The notes under the pieces: generated by a model | What the model saw: only the letters and a program-made list of their open reading frames with translations | Databases searched by the model: none | What the model was told of the DNA's origin: nothing | Part shown: positions 9,408 through 16,740 of the stretch, piece by piece | Numbering within the stretch: the stretch's first letter is position 1 | Layout: each line of letters starts with the position of its first letter | Made by a program: the position numbers and the translations under genes | NCBI RefSeq assembly: GCF_000253055.1 | Contig: NC_016070.1 | Location: 330,001-362,000 of the forward strand | Origin: Thermoproteus tenax Kra 1 | GTDB lineage: Archaea > Thermoproteota > Thermoprotei > Thermoproteales > Thermoproteaceae | Reading direction: 5' to 3' | DNA: 32,000 nt

Positions 9408-11096
9408 ATGGCAGGCGCCAACAGAAGGGAGGCCCTCAGGCTCCTGGGGGCCGCGGGTCTAGGCGCTCTGGCGGGCGCCCTCGCGGCGGACCTTCTGGCA
9501 AAGCCCGCGCCCGCTGCCACTACAACGGGCGCTCCACCGCCGGCGCCGCCCTACTCAGTCCTCGTCCAGACGCCCACGGGGCCCAACGGCGAGCCTAGGC
9601 CGATGGTGGTGTCGGCAGATGGGGAGGTCATAGTGGACAGCAACGGCAGAATAGTGAGCGACCTCGGAGTGTATCCGGCCCAGGGGATAAACGAGCTGGG
9701 CGGCACCACTGAGACGGCGGGCATACAAGAGGCGGTGGCCTACGTGTTGAACACCGGCGGCGGGAGGATCTTCATCAGGAGGGGGGACTATTACCCGAGC
9801 AAGGTGATCCACGTGGGCGTACTCGCGAGGCAGGCGCAGGTCATAATAGAGGGTGAGGGCGCGGCCACGAGGATCCATCTGTACAACAACCGGGGCAAGG
9901 GGCAGGCCTGGGCCTTCACCGTGGGGACCCCCGGGAACTCGCCGGCGGCCGACCAAGCGCCTCCGCCGGTCTTCAGAGGCTTGGCCTTCGTGAACGACCT
10001 AAACGAGGGTCCCCCCGTGGGCCCCATAGTGACCGGAGGATACTACTCGGGGGGAGGGGCGGTGGGCAACGGCGTGATACTGGAGGATATAACTGTGGTG
10101 GATCCGCCGGCGCTGGCCAACAACCCGTCCAAGGCGCCCTCGCCCATAGGCTGGATCTGGTTCAACAACTCCTACGGAGTGAGAGTGAGGGGGTTCACAT
10201 ATCTGGGGGCGAACCCGAACAACGCCGGCACCACAGTAATATTGAGCGACGGCGTCACCTTCACAGAGATAAGCGATTCGTACTTCATCAATACTGCGCG
10301 CGGGGGCAAAATAACGGCCATAGCCTCCGGCACAGGCACTCTCCAGATATCCAACGTGCAGATACTCGGCTTCGATGTGGGCATAAACTACGGCAACACC
10401 GACAGCAGAAGCAAGCTCATGGTGGTGAACACAGTGATAGGCACCGAGAGGGGCGGCGTAGAGGCGTTCGGAGCCCAGCTCTACACCAGCGTCCCGCTGT
10501 ACGTGGACTACGGCTTTGTGGACGCCATGATATGCTGCAGCAGACTGGGCGGAGTCCTGAGGCTGTTGGACTCAGTGGGGAGGATCACCATCAGCAACTC
10601 CGAGGTGCACCCGCTGACTGTGGAGGCTGTGACTCGCGGGAGCCCCCAGTCCGACCTCCTTCTGACTATCGAGGGGAGCAGAGTGAGGGGCCAGGGCAGC
10701 GGCCCGCTCCTGCACGTGTTGCCCGGGGGATCCTCGGTGAGGGTGAGGCTCATCGGCAACTATATGGCCAAATCGGCCGGCGAAGGGCAGTGGAGCTTGA
10801 TAGACATCCCCGACCTGGAGCTCTTCGAGGCGAGAGGGAACTACATCGAGCTCGGGCAGGGCTTCGACGTCGTGCTCTCCTTCAGCGAGAGCCCCGCAAG
10901 CGGCTTCTACGAGTTCAGCGACAACGTGGTAGCCCCCTCGGCGCAGCCCGCCTATCTGTTGAACGGCGGTGTGTCGATCTCGGCCCCCTTCATCGTAAGG
11001 AACAACAAATTCCTGTCGCCCACCTCGCTGGCCAAGTCGCCCCTCACCGGGGCATCGGGCCTGGCGCTGTCGGACAATCTGAATCTGTCCCAGTAG
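9408..11096 (+). CDS. Secreted right-handed beta-helix / pectate-lyase-like protein with Tat-like signal
   Basis: MAGANRREALRLLGAAGLGALAGALAADLLA (RR + hydrophobic) signal; GINELGGTTETAGIQEAVAYVLNTGGGRIFIRRGDYYPS typical of the pectin-lyase-like fold N-terminus; recurrent ISNS/IRGNYI-like turns (ITISNSEVHPL, VRLIGNYM, FEARGNYIEL, VRNNKFL). Confidence 0.75.
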   Translation: MAGANRREALRLLGAAGLGALAGALAADLLAKPAPAATTTGAPPPAPPYSVLVQTPTGPNGEPRPMVVSADGEVIVDSNGRIVSDLGVYPAQGINELGGTTETAGIQEAVAYVLNTGGGRIFIRRGDYYPSKVIHVGVLARQAQVIIEGEGAATRIHLYNNRGKGQAWAFTVGTPGNSPAADQAPPPVFRGLAFVNDLNEGPPVGPIVTGGYYSGGGAVGNGVILEDITVVDPPALANNPSKAPSPIGWIWFNNSYGVRVRGFTYLGANPNNAGTTVILSDGVTFTEISDSYFINTARGGKITAIASGTGTLQISNVQILGFDVGINYGNTDSRSKLMVVNTVIGTERGGVEAFGAQLYTSVPLYVDYGFVDAMICCSRLGGVLRLLDSVGRITISNSEVHPLTVEAVTRGSPQSDLLLTIEGSRVRGQGSGPLLHVLPGGSSVRVRLIGNYMAKSAGEGQWSLIDIPDLELFEARGNYIELGQGFDVVLSFSESPASGFYEFSDNVVAPSAQPAYLLNGGVSISAPFIVRNNKFLSPTSLAKSPLTGASGLALSDNLNLSQ

Positions 11097-11257
11097 CCGG
11101 CAATTCCTAAGTCGCAGCCCTTTTAGGCCCCTCAGCCCGTTGACGAAGGTCGCCGCGGCCGCGGCCGGCGCGGGGGGAGACCGTTGCAAAACGCCGGCTG
11201 ACGGCCGGTTAGGGTTCGTACGTCTTAAGGCTTTTATGGTGGAGGTTTTGTCTTAGT

Positions 11258-11761
11258 GTGGCTGTAGTGTTGCCTGAGAGGCTGGTTAGGGAGGCGGAGC
11301 GGAGGGGTATCGACGTGGGGGAGGTGGCGTTGGAGGCCCTGGCCAGGGCTCTGGAGCTGGATCCAGCCGATGTAGCCGCCGCGCGTGTGGAGCTGGCGGA
11401 GAGGTTTCTCGCTGAGGCGGAGCAGTACGTCGAGAGGGGGGACGCGGTGCAGGCCAGCGAGAAGCTCCATAGAGCTGTGGAGGAGTGCGTCAAGGCGTTG
11501 GCGGAGGAGCTGGGGGTCGAGGCGCTTGGGGAGGTCAGGCGGAGGGGGCGGTGGGATACTTGGCTTCTGGGGCGGGCGGCGAGGGAGGCTGCTGAGAGGC
11601 TGGGGGAGGACAGAGTTAGGCTGGCGTGGAAAGACGCCTACGATATACACGTGTGGGGCTTCCACGAGGCTAAATACGACGTTAGGGACGTGAAGGCGGC
11701 TCTGCCCCTGGCCAGGTGGCTCGTCGAGTTTGTGAAGAGCCGCGTGGCCGGCCGCACCTAA
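11258..11761 (+). CDS. PaREP1 family protein
   Basis: GTG start; LAERFLAEAEQYVERGDAVQASEKLHRAVEECVKALAEELG...WDTWLLGRAAREAAERLGEDRVRLAWKDAYDIHVWGFHEAKYDVRDVKAALPLARWLVEFV matches the PaREP1 pattern. Confidence 0.85.
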   Translation: MAVVLPERLVREAERRGIDVGEVALEALARALELDPADVAAARVELAERFLAEAEQYVERGDAVQASEKLHRAVEECVKALAEELGVEALGEVRRRGRWDTWLLGRAAREAAERLGEDRVRLAWKDAYDIHVWGFHEAKYDVRDVKAALPLARWLVEFVKSRVAGRT

Positions 11762-12192
11762 CCTGCGGGGGCTCCCCCGGCGTATGTTCGCGGAGCTGTG
11801 GAGCCCCTAAAAATGCGATGAAGGTTCGGCCTTAACGGTGTTGACACGGGAGGCATCGGCGTGTTTAAAAATGGTGGAGGGGAAGGGACTAGCATCTGGG
11901 GGCCCGGACTTGAGGAGGTGGGCCGAGGCCGGGTTCAGGTGGGTCGCGGATTAGATGTTCCCTATGAGCCCTTTTCTCTGTCGTGGCTTCCTTCTTATGA
12001 AAATCTGAGTGGGAGGGGGCCTAAATATGTGCCTTCGGCGGTGAGGGGCAGTTCTATGGAGGGCTCCGCGCCTGGAGGGGCCGTGCCTTCGTCCCCCATG
12101 TCCGACGAACCTGCGGTGGAGGCAGGCCGCCAGTGGAGGCGCAGAGGAGGGGAAGGCCCTAGGCGTGTGCGGCCAACGACTGTCGGCAATGA

Positions 12193-12392
12193 GCGCCCGG
12201 GACAAACGGTACACAGTGGTGGGGAGATACCGAGGTCGACGCGGTCACATCGCCCGACTTCAGAGACTACGAGGTCAAATACAGAGAGGGCCGCCCCCTC
12301 AAGCTGAAAGCAGAGTGAAGGAGGTAGTCACGTTGACCAAGAGAGGCAGAGAGGGAACGGTGGCCCTCCAAAGCTTTCTCGCAGGTCTCTAG
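12193..12392 (+). pseudogene. Frameshifted remnant resembling the C-terminal PD-(D/E)XK-like domain of an archaeal AAA ATPase (DUF234/DUF4143-like)
   Basis: Frame 1 reads APGTNGTQWWGDTEVDAVTSPDFRDYEVKYREGRPLKLKAE* to 12318; another frame continues VKEVVTLTKRGREGTVALQSFLAGL* to 12392. No intact upstream gene. Confidence 0.4.
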
Positions 12393-12441
12393 ACGGCGTC
12401 CTTGCGCGCCGCTTAAGGTATTTATAAAGACGGTTCAGTAA

Positions 12442-12654
12442 GTGTACGTGGAGGAGGCTTGGAGGGCCCTCAAGGCGGCATATGAGGAGCTCGAGCGGTT
12501 TGGGAAGACGGGCGACCCCCTCGTGGAGGCCGCCCTCGCCAACTACTGGGGCCACGTATTGAGGCAGATGGCCTACGGGCTCATCCCCTACGGCTGCCCC
12601 GCCGACAAGATTCCTCCTATACACTCGGCGAACTCCTCCTCGGTCTCCTCGTAG
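12442..12654 (+). CDS. Small hypothetical protein, helix-rich, possibly truncated; 3' end antisense to the McrC-like gene
   Basis: GTG start about 20 nt after gtaTTTATAAAg TATA-like box; MYVEEAWRALKAAYEELERFGKTGDPLVEAALANYWGHVLRQMAYG. Confidence 0.4.
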   Translation: MYVEEAWRALKAAYEELERFGKTGDPLVEAALANYWGHVLRQMAYGLIPYGCPADKIPPIHSANSSSVSS

Positions 12655-13877
12655 TCTGGGTTTACTCTGCTGAATTTCACCTCCGCCTGCGTCGAATCTA
12701 TATTGGCCGACACCGCGGGGCATCCGCCGGCTTGAGGAGGGAGCTCCAGCGCCGTCAAGATCCCCCTCAGCTTGTGGTCTCTGGCCACGTCCGCCAGATA
12801 CGCCACAAGCCTAATGGCGTCGGCCCTCCTCAGCCTTCCCCCGTTCAGACGGCGGTATTTGGCCTCGACAATGACCAAGTTCCTCCCGCTCTCAACGACA
12901 ATGTCCGGCCTAGGCGGCCTCCCCGCTATCCTCTTTATCAGCTTGGACTTGGGCGCTCTATTGAAGTACACTCTGCCGTCGCCCCCCACCTCCACGGCGA
13001 TCCCCTCCCTCATCGCTTTCGCGGCCAACCCGTCCCTCTTGAGCGCCCAGATGGTGAGGGCTAGGACGTAGGTCTCATAGAGCTTTGTGCTCGGGATCAG
13101 GAAGAACTCGGACCCGGCCCTCCTGGCTGTGGCGGGGAGATAGAAGTAGTCGCCCGGATCGAGGTCCTCCGCCCAGAGGTGCGGGACCTCCTCTTCGGCG
13201 TCCTTCTGGAGCACTCTTAGGGCCGACTCCAGCGATGAGAGGTAGAGCTCGAACGCTCTTCCAACTCCCTCGGGGAGACCCGACGCATACCTCCGCGCCC
13301 TCTGGAGGAACTGGCTCAAGGTACTCAACGTCAGAAGGATCGAGCTGGCCAGCCAGACGTTGGGCACTACGACGTTTTTGACGAGGAGCTCTCTGCCCCC
13401 TCTGACGACGAGTTTCCCCGAGCCGGCCTCTACGGCGGCCCGGAAGTATTTGGGCTCCCGCTGGAGCAAGGCTCTGGCCTCCCAGAGGATCCTTGTTACG
13501 CGGACAACGTTGGGCACGTTTGTGGCGACGAGGCTCCTCGAGAGCAAATACAGAGGATAGACGTCGCGCAGAATCTCGTCGGCTCTCTCGATCATTCTGT
13601 AGTAGCGGCTCACCCTAGGCTTTATCACCAGCTCGATGCCGCCCGAGTATCTATAGACGCCGACCCAAAAGCCCGAGAGAACTCTGCGTCCAACGACGTC
13701 GGGCCTCGGAGTGTCCAAGGCTATTCCGCCCACCGGCCCCCTTCTGAAGTAGCCGAGGGTCGCCCGCATATCGAGCAACGCCCTCTTCAGCTCCTCGGCC
13801 GATACGCCGGAGTCGCACCCCCCGAGCGCCTCGTCCACCTCAAGCGCCTCGCCCTCGGTCAGAACGCACCGGCGCAT
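12588..13877 (-). CDS. McrC-like PD-(D/E)XK nuclease component
   Basis: 429 aa; YRMIERADEILRDVYPLYLLSRSL; C-terminal RPDIVVESGRNLVIVEAKYRR (PD...ExK). Starts 1 nt after the stop of the McrB-like gene. Confidence 0.75.
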   Translation of the reverse strand: MRRCVLTEGEALEVDEALGGCDSGVSAEELKRALLDMRATLGYFRRGPVGGIALDTPRPDVVGRRVLSGFWVGVYRYSGGIELVIKPRVSRYYRMIERADEILRDVYPLYLLSRSLVATNVPNVVRVTRILWEARALLQREPKYFRAAVEAGSGKLVVRGGRELLVKNVVVPNVWLASSILLTLSTLSQFLQRARRYASGLPEGVGRAFELYLSSLESALRVLQKDAEEEVPHLWAEDLDPGDYFYLPATARRAGSEFFLIPSTKLYETYVLALTIWALKRDGLAAKAMREGIAVEVGGDGRVYFNRAPKSKLIKRIAGRPPRPDIVVESGRNLVIVEAKYRRLNGGRLRRADAIRLVAYLADVARDHKLRGILTALELPPQAGGCPAVSANIDSTQAEVKFSRVNPDYEETEEEFAECIGGILSAGQP

Positions 13878-13878
13878 T

Positions 13879-15072
13879 TCACTCTGGGAGCTCCTGGAGC
13901 AGCGCGTCTGCGATTCTGTACGAGAGGGAGTCCTCTCCGAATATCCTCTTGACGCCCCCTACAAAGTCGGCGAATTGGGAGCGGGATCTGTCGTTGGACG
14001 AGAGCAACGCCCTAAACCGCAGTTTGGGAACGGCGGCGGAGAACTGGGAGAGGACCAGAGAGGAGTAGGCCAGGTCGACGAAGGCCTCCCTCCTCAAATT
14101 GGGCAGAGTGCGCCTCAAGCCTGCGTACGCCGCCAGGAGCCGGGCCAGATCGGTTAAGACGGAGGGGCCGAGCTCGAGGCCCAGGTCCTTGGCCACGTCC
14201 AGCGTCCAGGCGAGCAGCCCGCCGAGGCCCAGCTCCGACCACAGCCCCCTCACCTCCTCTTTGACCCTCGCGCGGTCGCTGAAGTCCAGTCTGACTAACG
14301 TGGCTATGTCGCCCTCCACGGCGTCGCTGGGGGTCAGCTCCTCCACCGCGCGGTCGACGAAGCCGTCCAGAGCTCTCTCGAGCGGCCCGGCCGCCGCTCT
14401 GGGCACGGCCCCCTCCTCGAGGCGCGGCTCGTATCTCTCGTAGAAGGGCGGGACGTAGAGGTAGGCGAACCTCCTGAGGAGGGCGAAGCTCAGCCTAAAG
14501 AGCTGCGCTCTGTCGACGACGTTCATAGTGGCGAAGAGGCGGAAGGAGTAGGGCAGCGGCAGGCCGCCCAGACGAGCCGCCAACTCCTTCAGTTCGCGGA
14601 CGGCGGCTCCTGCGCACTCCTCCACTGCCGCGTCGTCGAGCTCGTGGGCCTTGAGCGCGGGCACTCTGTATCTATACGCCAGGTCTAGCGCAGTGAAGAG
14701 GTCTCCGAAGATCAGGTCTACGTTGGCTCTGTTGAGCTCGTCGAATACCACGTGGCAGGGGCCAGACCCCCTCAACAGAGAGGCCCAGGAGCGGAGCACG
14801 GCGCAGCCGAACGGGCCGTAGGCCCTCCTGAGGCCTCCGCCGGCTCTCTCGTATTTTGCCACAAGATCCTCGTGGGAGAGGCCGTCCCTGCCCACGACGA
14901 GCGCCGGCGCGCAGGCGGTCATGAACTCGGCCGACTCAAGCGCGAGCTTGGTTTTGCCGACTCCGGGCGCCCCCACGAACAAGACGTTTTTTCCAGAGGC
15001 CAACAGAGGCACGACGAACATCCTCAGCTCTTCGATGGCCACAGAGATTGACGGCCACCCGTATATTAGCAT
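13879..15072 (-). CDS. McrB-like AAA+ ATPase/GTPase
   Basis: Walker A VGAPGVGKTK; Walker B HVVFDELNRANVDLIFGDLFTALD; sensor/nucleotide motif FATMNVVDRAQLFRLSFALLRRFAYLYV, matching the McrB MNTADR region. Confidence 0.8.
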   Translation of the reverse strand: MLIYGWPSISVAIEELRMFVVPLLASGKNVLFVGAPGVGKTKLALESAEFMTACAPALVVGRDGLSHEDLVAKYERAGGGLRRAYGPFGCAVLRSWASLLRGSGPCHVVFDELNRANVDLIFGDLFTALDLAYRYRVPALKAHELDDAAVEECAGAAVRELKELAARLGGLPLPYSFRLFATMNVVDRAQLFRLSFALLRRFAYLYVPPFYERYEPRLEEGAVPRAAAGPLERALDGFVDRAVEELTPSDAVEGDIATLVRLDFSDRARVKEEVRGLWSELGLGGLLAWTLDVAKDLGLELGPSVLTDLARLLAAYAGLRRTLPNLRREAFVDLAYSSLVLSQFSAAVPKLRFRALLSSNDRSRSQFADFVGGVKRIFGEDSLSYRIADALLQELPE

Positions 15073-15344
15073 AGACGCAGAGGGGCACGCCGTCGTTTGG
15101 ATGGGGCACGCGGCTGAACCGGCGCGGCCCGCTGGGGCTCAGGTCTGCGGCCTCTGGCGACGCCCAGGAGAGGCGCACATCAGTCCGCCGTCCCGGGTGG
15201 ACGCAAATGCAATGTAGCCGCCTCCACGGCAGAGGATAACGGCTACAACGCTGGACGAGGGCTGTCTCTACGTTCAATTATTATGACATGCGTTGCGCTG
15301 TTTTTAGCGACCCTACTAAGGAACGCAGGTGTAGCCGTATGTGC

Positions 15345-15852
15345 CGTTTACTATCTTTCGATTTCCATCCCTGAGGAGCAGAGGAGAGGATCAAGACGAG
15401 AATTAGAACGTTTCTACTATCTTTTGATTTCCACACGCGCTCTACGCCGTCCACGCGAGGCTATATAGCATCGCGATATTTCTACTATCTTTTGATTTCC
15501 ACTCAATGGCGATACAGCGTGGGGGCCTGTAGTGCCATGGCTCACATTTCTACTATCTTTTGATTTCCACCGAAGAGGTCTCTGGAGCGGCTGGGGAGCT
15601 AAAATATCCCCTCCCGTACTTTCTACTATCTTTTGATTTCCACCCCCGCTTTTTCTTCCGACCACGTAACTGTGGAAGTCAAACGTGATCTTTCTACTAT
15701 CTTTTGATTTCCACGCACCTACCTCTCTCTGTGTGTGGCCAGTCCATCGGAGATAACCTTTCTACTATCTTTTGATTTCCACAGCTAGGCTACATTTCTA
15801 AGACTGGCGGTGCTCACTTTGTGGAAGCTTTCTACTATCTTTTGATTTCCAC
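15345..15852 (-). CRISPR. CRISPR array: 7 identical 24-bp repeats (15411-15852) plus one degenerate repeat at 15345-15368
   Basis: Plus-strand repeat TTTCTACTATCTTTTGATTTCCAC at 15411, 15479, 15547, 15620, 15691, 15759 and 15829; spacers 44, 44, 49, 47, 44, 46 nt. The degenerate copy CGTTTACTATCTTTCGATTTCCAT is 19/24 identical and followed by a 42-nt spacer. Likely transcribed on the minus strand (repeat GTGGAAATCAAAAGATAGTAGAAA). Confidence 0.97.
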
Positions 15853-15877
15853 CGCCCACGTTGACTGCGGCCTCGGG

Positions 15878-15889
15878 TATTTAAATTTT
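15878..15889 (-). promoter_or_regulatory. Putative TATA element of the CRISPR leader/promoter
   Basis: Minus-strand AAAATTTAAATA about 26-37 nt outside the last intact repeat, on the side opposite the degenerate repeat. Confidence 0.55.
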
Positions 15890-16121
15890 GCCCAGATCCT
15901 CCGCCCGCCCGGCGGCCGCTTTTCCGCTGCCCTTTACATTCACACATTCTCCTGTCCGGGCTACGGCGTGCGCCGTTCTTCGCCTTTACGATCGCGACAA
16001 TGCCTTAGAGACGGCGGCTACCCAGCGCCGTTCTTCGCATTTGGCCATCTAGCCCCTTGTCTGGAGTATATTACATCCTTTACCGACATATATTGGAATG
16101 TTTTAATGCTCGTGGGATATC

Positions 16122-16409
16122 GTGGGCGTGTACTTCGGCCGTGTGAAGGTAGGCCCCTTGGCGGGATACCTCTGGCTTTTGGGCAGGCGGCTCTACCTCA
16201 AGCTGGGCTGGCGCCCGCGTGATACGGTATACCTGGGCTCTGTGGACGACCTCCTGGGGGTTGCGGTGAGGGTTAGGAGGCTTCTGCCGAGGCCTCTGCC
16301 CGTTAGGCAGCTCGTGGCTGCGCTGGCGGACGCCCTCAAAAAGGCCTACTACGTCGCCAGCCGCTGCCGCGCTGGAGGGTGCGCGCCTGGGAGGCGGCGA
16401 TGGCCATAG
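16122..16409 (+). CDS. Small hypothetical protein, possibly frameshifted
   Basis: GTG start; VYFGRVKVGPLAGYLWLLGRRLYLKLGWRPRDTVYLGSVDDLLGVAVRVRRLLP...VRQLVAALADALKKAYYVASRC; an alternative frame continues WEAAMAIEYAASALAVYWPSAARKILDDG*. Confidence 0.4.
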   Translation: MGVYFGRVKVGPLAGYLWLLGRRLYLKLGWRPRDTVYLGSVDDLLGVAVRVRRLLPRPLPVRQLVAALADALKKAYYVASRCRAGGCAPGRRRWP

Positions 16410-16740
16410 AATACGCCGCCTCTGCATTGGCAGTGTACTGGCCAAGCGCCGCCAGAAAGATACTGGACGACGGCTAAACATAGTGGAGGTAATGATGGCG
16501 TCTTTGGGGCCTCGGGGTCATGGATAGGCCTAGATAAACTGTGGTAGCTCTTGGGGACGTTGTGGTAGTACATAGGGATGACGGCGCCCTTGGCAGTTGG
16601 GCGGATCGAATGAGCGATTGCGCGGCGTGTCCTGAGGTCTACAAGCTCCGAATTTCGGAGGAGTAAGCGTCCTCAGCGCCGTACGGAGAGCACAACATCG
16701 AGCTCTGGGTTGATCTGACGCCGTAATTTCAGCTGTTCTG

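Noticed and set aside
10532-11189. Large overlapping ORFs (10532-11110 +, 10572-11189 -) within and after the beta-helix gene
   Set aside because: Shadow frames of a long GC-rich gene; compositions are Arg/Gly/Pro/His-rich and unlike proteins.
11861-12307. 148-aa plus ORF MFKNGGGEGTSIWG...
   Set aside because: Low-complexity, Pro/Gly/Arg/Ser-rich, no recognisable domain; the only coding-like signal here is in other frames at 12193-12392.
15417-15665. Minus-strand 82-aa ORF (and plus ORFs 15283-15468, 15821-16222) overlapping the CRISPR array
   Set aside because: Peptides contain translated repeats (FYYLLIST, GNQKIVE); they are artefacts of open frames through repeat and spacer DNA.
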